From a bacterium (lineage in GTDB: Bacteria; Electryoneota; JAOADG01): a DNA stretch of 64,000 nt. Below are positions 1-9,190 of this stretch, one piece after another. The position numbers and the translations under genes are program-made. Under the pieces are notes generated by a model. That model was not told where the DNA came from. It saw only the letters and a list, made by a program, of their open reading frames with translations, and ran no database searches. Each line of letters opens with the position of its first letter. The stretch's first letter is position 1. The stretch is from positions 1,536,001-1,600,000 of the forward strand of contig OY820579.1 of the NCBI GenBank assembly GCA_963681965.1, given 5' to 3'.

Positions 1-880
1 TCAAGATACTTCCCAACAATGCGAGCAGCGTCGTTTTACCTGCGCCGTTATCGCCAATGATGCCGATCCGCTCGCCAGCGTTGATCGATAAAGCTGAGAT
101 TGTTAGTCGCGGTCGCACTTCGCCTTTAACTTCGATATCAATCAACTCAATTCGTTCTGAGGATGATGAATTGGACTTCGCTATTGCTGTTATTTCGATG
201 GACAGCGATGGCAATCCCCACTCTGCCCAAGTTGTCTCATCAGTTGGTAAGTCAATAGATGCGCCATTGAAAACAACTTTACCATCACGCAATACAACTG
301 TGCGGGGAAACTTGTTTGCTTCTGCGCGTTGCGGTGTAATCCATAGGACGCCACAATTACTCAAAAGAGCATCGGATAATAATACTGCCCGGCGACTGGG
401 GGATAGATACATGGCTGGTTCGTCGTAGATTAGTAATTTTGGCGACAGCAAGCGTAACGCTTCGCCAACCACGCTTTGTAACTCACCACCGGAGAGTTTT
501 GTTAACTCCCGCTCACCTGATAATGCCAATGATTGAATCGATTTATCGATTTTGTTTGCTACCAATTTGCGATCTGTCGACTGTAAATCGAGACCGAATC
601 GTAATTCTTCTTCAACGGTAGTACCTAGTGTCTGTAACGAGGGATTTTGCATCAACAGTTGCACTTCCGCTGGTTCAGGGATTTTGTTCCAGCGAACGTA
701 TCCGGTCGTCGGTGATAGGACCCCGGCGAGCAGCAGCGCCACTGTCGTTTTTCCGCTACCATTTGCTCCTAATAGCGCTACCTTTTCGCCTGGTGCGAGT
801 GCAAGGGTGACATCGTCTAGCCCCGCTGTACCGTTGGGGAGTATGTATCGAACAGATTGCAGTTCGACGTAGGGTACCAT
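1..880 (-). CDS. ECF/ABC transporter ATP-binding protein with two fused NBDs (3' end runs off the window)
   Basis: Not in the ORF track. Manual translation from ATG at 880: MVPYVELQSVRY...GANGSGKTT (Walker A)...LMQNP (Q-loop)...LSGGELQ...LLIYDEP...GDNGAGKTT (second Walker A), open to the window edge. Confidence 0.85.
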   Translation of the reverse strand, partial: MVPYVELQSVRYILPNGTAGLDDVTLALAPGEKVALLGANGSGKTTVALLLAGVLSPTTGYVRWNKIPEPAEVQLLMQNPSLQTLGTTVEEELRFGLDLQSTDRKLVANKIDKSIQSLALSGERELTKLSGGELQSVVGEALRLLSPKLLIYDEPAMYLSPSRRAVLLSDALLSNCGVLWITPQRAEANKFPRTVVLRDGKVVFNGASIDLPTDETTWAEWGLPSLSIEITAIAKSNSSSSERIELIDIEVKGEVRPRLTISALSINAGERIGIIGDNGAGKTTLLALLGSIL

Positions 881-923
881 TATCGGTTCGAGTAATTCGA
901 TGGGGAGGTGAGTGAGTAGATCA

Positions 924-2204
924 TCATTTCTTCAAAAGAGCTTCGATCCACTGCACAACTCGTTCAGTGGCACCAGCCTCTTCGGCAATAATTTTCAAGG
1001 ATGCGTCGGCAGCTCGTTTGCGAGATTCGGGATCGATCAACCACTGCTTGAGCATCTCTTTCCATTCGGAAGCATCGCGATCGACTACTATGCCGCCGCC
1101 ACAATCGGCAAACAGGCGTGCTTCGCGCGACATCGTGATATTGGGTCCGTATAATAGTGGTACTCCGAAGACCGCCGGTTCGAGCACGCTGTGAACGCCA
1201 GCACCGAAACCACCGCCGACCCAAGCAATCGCCGCGCCGCGATAAATCGACGACAATACCCCTTGTACATCGACCAGGAGTGCATCGGCATCGTTCAATT
1301 GCGAAAGACCATTTGAATAGCGGACGACATTGAAACCTGAGTTCTGTAATCGCTGTTCGGCACCCAGGATATGTTCTTCATCGCTTTCGTGTGGTACTGC
1401 GATCAGTCGGAAAGGAATCTTCGCTTCGCGATAAGTTTCAAGAGCTGAGCAAAGCAACGTTTCGTCCGGTGTCCAACCACTTCCGAGTACAATTGTCGGA
1501 GCTACTTCGCACCATTTTCGCAATGACGGGTCGCGCGCATCGGCTTTTGCTGCAGCCGCTCGAACACGGTCGTAACGGGTATCGCCAGTAATACGGATTT
1601 CCGTGCGATGACCGATCAAAATGCGAAATCGTGCAGCATCTTCTTTGGCAATCGCGCCGATACCACTGAGCGAACCGAGTAACGAACGTTGGAATGATCG
1701 CGCGATGGCAATATTGCGACGTGAATCGGTACGGAAATTTCCGCTCTGCAAGATGACCGGAATCTTCCGGTCGCGCGCTTGCCAAACAAATTCCGGCCAG
1801 ATATCGTGTTTGGTGATCACAACGGCGAGTGGTTTTGCAGCATCGTAAAACCGTTTAACATCTTTGTGCAAATCGATCGGTGCCCAATACCACGGAAACC
1901 GCGTATTCCCGGTGTTGCTCCGGCGACGGTAAAGCGAGGGTGAACCGACCGTTAGAATTACCGGAAATCCTAATTCTTGCATTCGCTCCATCACCGGACG
2001 CGCGGCTTCGAATTCACCGACCGAGGCGCAATGGAACACGATACCATTCTGGGGAATATCTTTCCATGTTTCGTTGCGACGACCGCTGATTGCTTCTTCC
2101 AATTTTCGATCGAAATGCGAACCGAATTTGGCGGCGCCAAACAGAATAGGACCGAGGATGCGCCAAAGCGAGCGCCAAGCGGGATGTGGTGCGTGTCCGA
2201 TCAT
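924..2204 (-). CDS. waaA: 3-deoxy-D-manno-octulosonic acid (Kdo) transferase
   Basis: FHCASVGEF, APID, DIWP, TGDTRYD, GGGFGAGVHSVLEPAVFG motifs of KdtA/GT30. Confidence 0.9.
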   Translation of the reverse strand: MIGHAPHPAWRSLWRILGPILFGAAKFGSHFDRKLEEAISGRRNETWKDIPQNGIVFHCASVGEFEAARPVMERMQELGFPVILTVGSPSLYRRRSNTGNTRFPWYWAPIDLHKDVKRFYDAAKPLAVVITKHDIWPEFVWQARDRKIPVILQSGNFRTDSRRNIAIARSFQRSLLGSLSGIGAIAKEDAARFRILIGHRTEIRITGDTRYDRVRAAAAKADARDPSLRKWCEVAPTIVLGSGWTPDETLLCSALETYREAKIPFRLIAVPHESDEEHILGAEQRLQNSGFNVVRYSNGLSQLNDADALLVDVQGVLSSIYRGAAIAWVGGGFGAGVHSVLEPAVFGVPLLYGPNITMSREARLFADCGGGIVVDRDASEWKEMLKQWLIDPESRKRAADASLKIIAEEAGATERVVQWIEALLKK

Positions 2205-3205
2205 GGTTCCTGTAACATTGTTGATAACTGGTTATAAACCATCTCTACGCTAATTTCCTTCATGCAGCGATGATGCCCCAATGGACAGAATTTACCGCCA
2301 TGTGCAGAACAGGGACGACACCACAAATTGCGCTCCATCACGATTATCCGAGAACGAAACGGTGCAAATCCAAAAGCCGGAATGGTCGGACCGAATAGCG
2401 CAATACCCGGTCGATTGGTGCCTGCCGCGATATGCATTGCCGCCGAATCGTTACTGACTATCGCGCGGCAGTGCGAGATCTCGCTGATCAACTCATCGAT
2501 CGATAACAGTTTCTTTGGAATGAAATCGGCATCCGAACCAGCACGTTCCTGTTGAATCCGCTTTCTGGCTTCGGCTTCTTCCGGTCCGAGTATCCAGAAG
2601 ATGCCATATCCTTTCATTGAAAGCAATCGTGCCAATTCTAACCAGCGATCCAACTGCCACTGTTTGGTATAATGCTTCGATCCCGGTGCCAGTCCGATAT
2701 ATTCGCGATCAATTGGTAGGAGTCGTTCGGTTTTATTCTCGGAAAGTACCGGTATTTCCAAACCGCGACTATCGTCGACCACACCCCACGATTCAGCAGC
2801 ACGTAAATACCGCAATGGAACCGGTGGTTCATTATCCAGCCAATGCCCTTTGAAGAGAATCTGCAGTGTTCGCTGCCATCGTGGTGGTGCTGCTTCCGCT
2901 TTATTCGGTGCCGGAATGCCGCGCGCCAATTGCCGCGAGCGACGCGAGGCTTGAAGATCGAGAACGTACTCAACATGTCCGTAAGAATCAACCCGGTCGA
3001 TCGGTAGATCTTCGTGTTTCTTCCATGCAATGATAACATCGAGCAGATTGCTCGAATGCCAGATTGGCGCATTTTCCGCTTTCGTCACCCACATGATGCG
3101 ATGATTCGGAAACCGGTTGCGCAATCCGCGAAACACCGGACCCAGCAACAGGCAATCGCCTAGCGATGAGAATCGGATCACGACGACGATTGGCAGCGGT
3201 GGCAT
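2201..3205 (-). CDS. GT9 LPS heptosyltransferase (WaaF/RfaF-like)
   Basis: RFSSLGD N-terminus, APGSKHYTKQW, SNDSAAMHIAA, LFGPT, CRPCS..C..GHHRCM. Confidence 0.88.
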   Translation of the reverse strand: MPPLPIVVVIRFSSLGDCLLLGPVFRGLRNRFPNHRIMWVTKAENAPIWHSSNLLDVIIAWKKHEDLPIDRVDSYGHVEYVLDLQASRRSRQLARGIPAPNKAEAAPPRWQRTLQILFKGHWLDNEPPVPLRYLRAAESWGVVDDSRGLEIPVLSENKTERLLPIDREYIGLAPGSKHYTKQWQLDRWLELARLLSMKGYGIFWILGPEEAEARKRIQQERAGSDADFIPKKLLSIDELISEISHCRAIVSNDSAAMHIAAGTNRPGIALFGPTIPAFGFAPFRSRIIVMERNLWCRPCSAHGGKFCPLGHHRCMKEISVEMVYNQLSTMLQEP

Positions 3206-3210
3206 TGGAA

Positions 3211-4200
3211 TTAGTACTCGCGGGTTACGACAAATTGCACGAACTGGGACAGGCGGTCGCGAGCCGGTCCGGCAGGGGCATTGGTTTCAAGGATGTGTTG
3301 TGCTTGGTTGGCGTAATCATCGGCGCGTTTTTGTGCCGCATCGATCCCGCCATGATCGGTGACGAAGGCGACAATATCCTTAATGTCGCGTCGTTTCAAA
3401 CCGCCGCGAATCCGCCCGACGATGCCGCTAGCATTCGTCTCGCCGGCATTCTGCAAGGCATAGATCAACGGTAGTGTGATCTTCGAATCTTTGATGTCAC
3501 CAGCAGTCGGTTTACCGAGTAGACCGCTGCGACCGGAATAGTCGAGAATATCGTCGCGGATCTGGAAGGCGATTCCCAGCGCTTCGCCGAATGCTTTCCA
3601 CTGCTCCAGCGGTACATCGGGTCCCGATGTGGTCAATACACCGAGTCGGATGGCACCGGAGATCAGTGCGGCGGTCTTGTCGGAAATCATCTCGATGTAT
3701 TCGGCTTCGGAACCGTTCAGGTCGCGTGCTATCGCTGCTTCGTGCAGTTGCCCTTTCGCCATTCGTTTCGCGATTTCAGACAACACCGCCAATGCTTCCT
3801 GACGATGGAGTTCGATGGTGGCGGCAAGCGATCGTGCCAGTAGAAAATCGCCGAACAACACGCTGATCTTATTGCCCCAAACCGCTTTCAGCGAAGCGAA
3901 GCCGCGCCGGGTATCGCTGTTGTCGACGACATCGTCGTGAATCAGGGTCGCGCTGTGCAGCAATTCCATTACCAGCGCCGATTGAATCGTCGAGGCACTC
4001 GGTTCGCCATATACTTTTGCCGAAAGGAAGCAGATTAACGGTCGCAGCCCTTTACCGCGTTGATCGGTAAGATAGCCGATCATTTTGTCGATCAGCGGAA
4101 TTGAACTGGTGAGTGCGTCTTTCCAGCCGGCTTCGAATTCGATAAACTCGTTGGTACATTCGGCGCGAAACGCTTCCAATTGCTGTTTAGTATCGGACAT
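3211..4200 (-). CDS. ispB: Polyprenyl diphosphate synthase (octaprenyl-PP synthase-like)
   Basis: GKGLRP, LHSATLIHDDVVD (FARM), FQIRDDILD (SARM), GKP..GDI..KITLP. Confidence 0.88.
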   Translation of the reverse strand: MSDTKQQLEAFRAECTNEFIEFEAGWKDALTSSIPLIDKMIGYLTDQRGKGLRPLICFLSAKVYGEPSASTIQSALVMELLHSATLIHDDVVDNSDTRRGFASLKAVWGNKISVLFGDFLLARSLAATIELHRQEALAVLSEIAKRMAKGQLHEAAIARDLNGSEAEYIEMISDKTAALISGAIRLGVLTTSGPDVPLEQWKAFGEALGIAFQIRDDILDYSGRSGLLGKPTAGDIKDSKITLPLIYALQNAGETNASGIVGRIRGGLKRRDIKDIVAFVTDHGGIDAAQKRADDYANQAQHILETNAPAGPARDRLSQFVQFVVTREY

Positions 4201-4206
4201 CTTCGA

Positions 4207-4689
4207 CTAATCTTCCGGGTAATTGCCGTGACGTGCCGCTTTGACGGCTCGATCCAGCGTACGTACTTCTTCCCGTTCGGCGATTGCGGCGCGCTTATCG
4301 TGTTGCTTCTTGCCGGTGGCAATCCCGATTTCGACTTTTACCAGACCATTTTTCAGATAGACCGAGAGCGGTACGAGAGTCGCCCCTTTTTCGTCGACTT
4401 GGCGTTGGAGTTTGTTCAATTCGGAACGGTTCAGCAACAATTTCCGGGGGCGTACCGGTGGGTGATTGGAGTAACCACCGTTGTCGTACGGAGAAATATG
4501 GACGCCGACTAGCCACAGTTCATCTTTGATGAACCGGGCGAAGCTGTCGCGCAGTTGAACACGACCATTCCGGGCGCTTTTCGCTTCGGATCCGGTCAGA
4601 ACGACACCGGCTTCCCACCGGGCACCGATGGAAAAGTCGTGAAATGCCTTCTTGTTTTGCGCTAAAATGCGATTTTCGGTACTGTCCAT
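4207..4689 (-). CDS. smpB: SsrA-binding protein SmpB
   Basis: NKKAFHDF, EAGVVLTGSEAKS, RKLLL, GKKQHDKR. Confidence 0.97.
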   Translation of the reverse strand: MDSTENRILAQNKKAFHDFSIGARWEAGVVLTGSEAKSARNGRVQLRDSFARFIKDELWLVGVHISPYDNGGYSNHPPVRPRKLLLNRSELNKLQRQVDEKGATLVPLSVYLKNGLVKVEIGIATGKKQHDKRAAIAEREEVRTLDRAVKAARHGNYPED

Positions 4690-4872
4690 AACTCAGTAAA
4701 GTAAGATCTCTCTCGGTTTCCCGCAAATTGGGGGTATATGGTGGAGAATAATGCTTTGTTCTTGGTGCTTGGACAAGATACAAGCTGGACGGTGGGGTGT
4801 AGACGAAAAATTCGGAAGTACTGTATTGCAGTTTGTAAATTTTGCCTTTTTTTCTGGTGGTGCTTTGAGTTT

Positions 4873-5399
4873 GCACATTGTGTTGGCACTTTGTGGTGGT
4901 ACATTGTGGTGGCGCAGGCCTCCGATCCTGCGTTTTGTTATCTTTTTTGTCTTTCTGCCCAACTCCGATTGGGCATTTTCAATCTTTCCGCAGTACTTCC
5001 CAACTCCGATTGGGAGAATCCCTTCTTTTCCGTAGGTCAGAACTTGTTCTGACCACCGTTTGTTTCTTGTATTCTGTAGTAGGGGCGCCTCCCCGCGGGC
5101 GCCCATCTTTTTTTTATCTTTTCCTAATCCCCATCTCTACCACCCAACACCTATTTTTGATTTGTCGTTGCGAGGAACGACACGAAGCGTCGGACGTGGC
5201 TATCTTGCTTTTGGTAGGGGCGGTTCGCGAACCGCCCGTGTCTGATCTAGATAAACGATCGTAATCGGATTCACACTTAAAATAATACTGTTATATCCCG
5301 AACAAATAATTAAATTTGTGCTACCTTCAGGCGATACGGGCGGTTCGCGAACCGCCCCTACCAAAAAATATGCGGGCGGGCGTGGGAGCCCGCCCCTAC
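4873..5399. repeat. Intergenic cluster of REP/RPE-like palindromic elements
   Basis: GTGGTGGCGCAGGCCTCCGATCCTGCG (4906-4932); CCCAACTCCGATTGGG twice (~4958, ~4999); GTAGGTCAGAACTTGTTCTGACC (5032-5054); GTAGGGGCGCCTCCCCGCGGGCGCCC (5079-5104); TGTCGTTGCGAGGAACG...GCTATCT (~5163-5205); GTAGGGGCGGTTCGCGAACCGCCC (5214-5237) with an inverted copy (5338-5361); GGGCGGGCGTGGGAGCCCGCCCCTAC (5374-5399); 13-bp tandem unit x3 (4873-4911). Confidence 0.85.
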
Positions 5400-5412
5400 T
5401 TCACAATATGAA

Positions 5413-7299
5413 TTACTTCAACAGGACGATCTTCTGTGTCTTCGCAAACGCACCCGCCTGCAATTGCACAAAATAGGTTCCACTGGCTAATCGCGAACCA
5501 TCGAGCCGCACGCGATACGATCCGGCACGCTGCTCACGCTGCACCAGCGTCGAGACTTCACGTCCGGTGAGGTCGTAGAGACGAAGATCGACGCGAGACA
5601 AGGACGGGAGGGTGTAGGAAAGAGTGGTGGTGGCGTTGAAGGGGTTCGGATAATTCTTAACTAGAAGTGTGGAATTTGGGTGAAGTGAAGACTCCTGAAC
5701 CGAAGTAGTATCGATAGTGAATTGGGTGATGAAGCAGTCATATTGACCATTACTCGATGTATCAAAACATGATGATGAAATTGGGAAATTAGCACTTGAT
5801 GTTAAGCCAATGGCGCATATTTTACTGATTGATATGCAACAAATATCCTCTCCGCCATCGTCGCTCGATCCTCCAAGGAATGTACTATAAAAATGATTGG
5901 GATTATCTAATGAAATACGAACGACAAAACAGTCATTTGAACCTCCACTATAAGACTGTTGCAACGCGTTCATTGTTGTCGGAAAATTTGTGCTAGAAGT
6001 TGTTCCAGTAACAATAATTTCATAAGAATTACGAGCAACTGCCATACCAATATCGTTATCAGTGCCACCAAAAAATGAACTATATAATAGATGAGACAAA
6101 TTATTATTTATAACAGTAACAAAACAATCATAATTTCCATTTTGGGTTGTATCGAATGCATTTTCAGTATGGGGATAATCACTACTTGCAGTAACACCGA
6201 CAGCGATAATGATACTATCCTGCGACAATGCTATATCATGAATTCTATCCCCACCGGAACCACCGATATAAGTACTCTTCATTAAAATGCTACCATCGTG
6301 ACTCACTCGTGATATGAAGGCATCTACTCCTCCATGAAAAGATGAATCGAATGCATCGCTTGAGCACGGAAAATCAGAGCTGTTTGTGTAACCAGCGAAG
6401 ACTATCGATTGATCTAACCGAAGTTGAATTATCGAATTACTTACTTCATCATATGAGCCACCGAAATATGTACTGAATAACAAAGCAGAACGATTCATAG
6501 ATAACTTTGTGATGATACAATCGTAACCACCATTCGTTATCGGATTATAGGTGCCGGTAGTAGTAGGATAATCAAGACTTAATGTGCTTCCACATATGCT
6601 ACAGCTACTATCCGCTTCATTCGCGATAATAGAATATCCTTCATCTACGTACGAACCTCCGATGAAACTACTGTAAACAAGCTGCGTTCCGGTAGGATTT
6701 ATTTTTAGTACAAAGCAATCATCAGTTCGATATCCGGAATGCGAACGGCAATAAGCATTCGTTGTCGTAGGAAAGTTGTCACTTTCAGTGGAACCGGTCA
6801 CATAGATACAATTCTGTGAATCAATTGTCAATCCATTGCTGAAATCATTGAATACACCACCGAGATAAGTACTGAATTGCAGGAGTGACAAGGTTGAATC
6901 CAACTCGGAAATGATACAGTCCGATAATCCGGCATTCATCCGTTCGATCGTTCCCGGAGTAGTAGGATAGTCAAATCCACTGGATGAACCTGCAATGACG
7001 ACCGATCCCGTACTGGTAACTCCAAGTGCTAATGCTTCGTCGTTACCCGTACCACCCACAAACGTCGAATAGATCTGTGGATCGATCCGCAGCGTCTGCG
7101 ATTTATCATACCCATTCGGTAAATCGATTGCGAAGACATTCTCAGCCACGATTGTGAATTGTGCTGTGACATCGTTTCCATGAGTGCCATTCGTAGTTGT
7201 TTGATATGCTCCCGGAATCGACATCCGGAGTTCGCCGAGGGAGGTGGGAAGCGAGAGTTCATTCGATAATCGGAGGTCGGTGCTTCCAATCCTTCGCAC
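5413..7299 (-). CDS. C-terminal intact part: SBBP beta-propeller repeats plus sorting domain (fragment of the 5413-9511 gene)
   Basis: About seven (Y/F)ST(Y/F)xGGxxxD...G.T.S.(D/N)(F/Y)PTT repeats; YPNPFNATT tail. Confidence 0.8.
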   Translation of the reverse strand: MRRIGSTDLRLSNELSLPTSLGELRMSIPGAYQTTTNGTHGNDVTAQFTIVAENVFAIDLPNGYDKSQTLRIDPQIYSTFVGGTGNDEALALGVTSTGSVVIAGSSSGFDYPTTPGTIERMNAGLSDCIISELDSTLSLLQFSTYLGGVFNDFSNGLTIDSQNCIYVTGSTESDNFPTTTNAYCRSHSGYRTDDCFVLKINPTGTQLVYSSFIGGSYVDEGYSIIANEADSSCSICGSTLSLDYPTTTGTYNPITNGGYDCIITKLSMNRSALLFSTYFGGSYDEVSNSIIQLRLDQSIVFAGYTNSSDFPCSSDAFDSSFHGGVDAFISRVSHDGSILMKSTYIGGSGGDRIHDIALSQDSIIIAVGVTASSDYPHTENAFDTTQNGNYDCFVTVINNNLSHLLYSSFFGGTDNDIGMAVARNSYEIIVTGTTSSTNFPTTMNALQQSYSGGSNDCFVVRISLDNPNHFYSTFLGGSSDDGGEDICCISISKICAIGLTSSANFPISSSCFDTSSNGQYDCFITQFTIDTTSVQESSLHPNSTLLVKNYPNPFNATTTLSYTLPSLSRVDLRLYDLTGREVSTLVQREQRAGSYRVRLDGSRLASGTYFVQLQAGAFAKTQKIVLLK

Positions 7300-7531
7300 A
7301 CCATCTGGATTTGCTTCGGATCGGCACCGGGATGCGCGACGAAATCGAATTCGAGATGACCTTTGCTCTCATACCATTCGACATCGATTCCATTCCACAC
7401 CTCGTGATACACAATGCGTGTAAAGTTGCGGCAATCCGGTGCCCACTTCGAGGAATCATTCCCGAGGAAATAATTGTTGTGCCATGATAATTCACCTTGT
7501 GCATTGATCCATTTTGCGGAGGCGTATTTCC

Positions 7532-8103
7532 GTAGGTCGGAATTTATTCCGACATCCTCTTGTGTCGTGCATTTATCCGTAGGGGCGTATGGCATACGCC
7601 CTAATCTTGTATCTTGAATCCTGATTTTGTCTTTGCGAGGAATGAACGTAGGAACGTGCGAAGCACTTCCGAAGTGGAATGACGAAGCAACCCCGAAGGG
7701 CTCACCGAAGGTAATCTCCTCCTGTGTCTTTGATTCATTTAAAGAGTAGATTGCTTCGTCACTTCGCTGCGGCTTTCCGCCTACGGCGGACGATCCTTCG
7801 CTGCGTTCCTCGCAACGACAAGTGAGAGCATCTTGATCGGATAGGGGCGAATGCGATTGCCTTCGGCGAGCACTTTGTGGTTCGCCCCTACGTTCGCAGG
7901 CTCGGAGGTCTGCGCCACCAACAGAAGCGACGAATTTGAATTTGATGGCGTGCGATTTTAAAGGGAATTTTCCGGACACAAGAGGATCGCAGGCTCGGAG
8001 GCCTGCGCCACCAACAGAATAGGAGTTGGGTGGTAGGGATTGGGTGTTGGGAAAAGATGAAAAAAGTGGATTGCGACAGGCGCCATTCGGCGTCCTCGCA
8101 ATG
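7532..8103. repeat. Run of palindromic elements inside the reading frame of the SBBP gene
   Basis: GTAGGTCGGAATTTATTCCGAC (7532-7553); GTAGGGGCGTATGGCATACGCCC (7579-7601); TGTCTTTGCGAGG...GACGAAGCAACC...AATCTC (7628-7718); AGATTGCTTCGTC...TCCTCGCAACGACA (7748-7820); TAGGGGCGAA...TTCGCCCCTAC (7842-7891); CGCAGGCTCGGAGG(T/C)CTGCGCCACCAACA twice (7895-7923, 7988-8016); GGATTGCGAC...CCTCGCAATG (~8068-8103). Confidence 0.85.
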
Positions 8104-9166
8104 GGCATAAACGCAAAAATGTGTGCTGGGATCGCTACTTAGGTGTCATTTGAAAGTACCATTTGAAGTAATTGAATCGTTTCTGTTCTTTGAGTCCGCG
8201 GTGGTTCCGATACTTCGCTTTCAATCGCGAAAAGTATCCTTCCAACGCATTGGTTGACGTTGGTATGGTTGGTTCGTCGAGATAATGGAACATATCCGGG
8301 ATCGCCTTTAACAGCATACTTCTGGCACATTTCAGGTCGCTTGCGATCCAACCGCCAGTCGGTGCCGCGACCGCTTTGCCATAGCGCTTTTCCCATTGTT
8401 GTGTTTTTTTTATAAAGCTGTCGCGTTTGGCTTTAGTATCGATCTCAACGACCGTCGTAAACAGTTCCGCTAGTTTCCTGGCATCGGTTCTTTTAGGATT
8501 GCGACGACACCACCGTAATCCCTGACGTTGGATGTGTACAAGGCAACGCTGCACCTTGATCTGCGGCCATAATTCGCGCAGAATCCGTATTACATGCGGG
8601 TTTCCGTCGACAGTGCAACTGATCGGGTTCAGGCCGCGTGCGATAAGAGGTTGCAAGAAGCGTCGAACCTGGTCGGCAACGTTTTCTTTTACATTGTAAG
8701 AACCGTCGACGATCGTCGTCGACGCGCCATCCATCAAAGCGACGATCGATGCGCTCCGTGTCAGAAACGTCCCGTCGATCAATAGATGACGGTGATGCGA
8801 AAGCGAACCGAAATCGTCCGGCGGTGGCTCCGACAGCCTTTGTTGGATCGTGTTCCATAACGAGCGTGGACTGCAGCCGCTTTGGCAGCAGAGTTGACGG
8901 ATCGAATATCCTTCGGCGATCCAAAGCTGAAACCAGTCGGGAGATCGACGCTCATGGCGGAATGAATGCCGACAAGTACGACAAAACCAGCGTTGACGAC
9001 CGTTACTGTAATGACCGTTTTTTTAGATCCGTGCAGAGGCAAATTGGACAATGTCGAAGAGCCATGAAAGTGCACCTAAGTGATTTACGTTAGCAAATGG
9101 TTCTTATAATAGCAAAGAAAATCTTGAGTTACTAGCGATCTCAGCACACATTTTTGCGTTTATGCT
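8104..9166 (-). mobile_element. IS256-family-like insertion sequence (Zn-ribbon variant), about 1.06 kb
   Basis: 33-bp TIRs GCATAAACGCAAAAATGTGTGCTG(G/A)GATCGCTA (8105-8137 / 9133-9165, 1 mismatch); flanking direct repeat (CT)CGCAATG at 8095-8103 and 9165-9173; exact ends uncertain by 1-2 nt. Confidence 0.88.
8135..9065 (-). CDS. IS256-like (mutator) transposase, split by a frameshift at an A7 run
   Basis: ATG 9065 MALRHCPICLCTDLK; shift at 9018-9024; NGHYSNGRQRWFCRTCRHSF...LLIDGTF...TVDG...QRCLVH...STNALEGYFSRLK...HRG. Confidence 0.8.
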
Positions 9167-9190
9167 CGCAATGACAGAATTAAAGGACAC

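Noticed and set aside
57-872. Plus-strand ORFs at the window start
   Set aside because: They are antisense shadows of the minus-strand ABC ATPase.
4207-4900. tmRNA or tRNA gene near smpB
   Set aside because: No tRNA-like ends or T-arm motif were recognisable here, and I noticed none elsewhere in the window by eye.
4693-5264. ORFs 4693-5106(-), 4738-5052(+) and 4878-5264(+)
   Set aside because: They are translations of intergenic repeats, with no RBS or domain signal.
4873-5399. CRISPR array
   Set aside because: Units differ in sequence, orientation and spacing, and there are no cas genes. They are REP-like palindromes.
5650-7050. Diversity-generating retroelement target/template repeats
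   Set aside because: The repeats are diverged propeller blades at protein level. I saw no adenine-specific near-identical pair and no reverse transcriptase in the window.
8779-9075. ORF 8779-9075 as a separate IS orfA or a -1 frameshift product
   Set aside because: It lacks the Zn-ribbon motifs, which lie in the other two frames.
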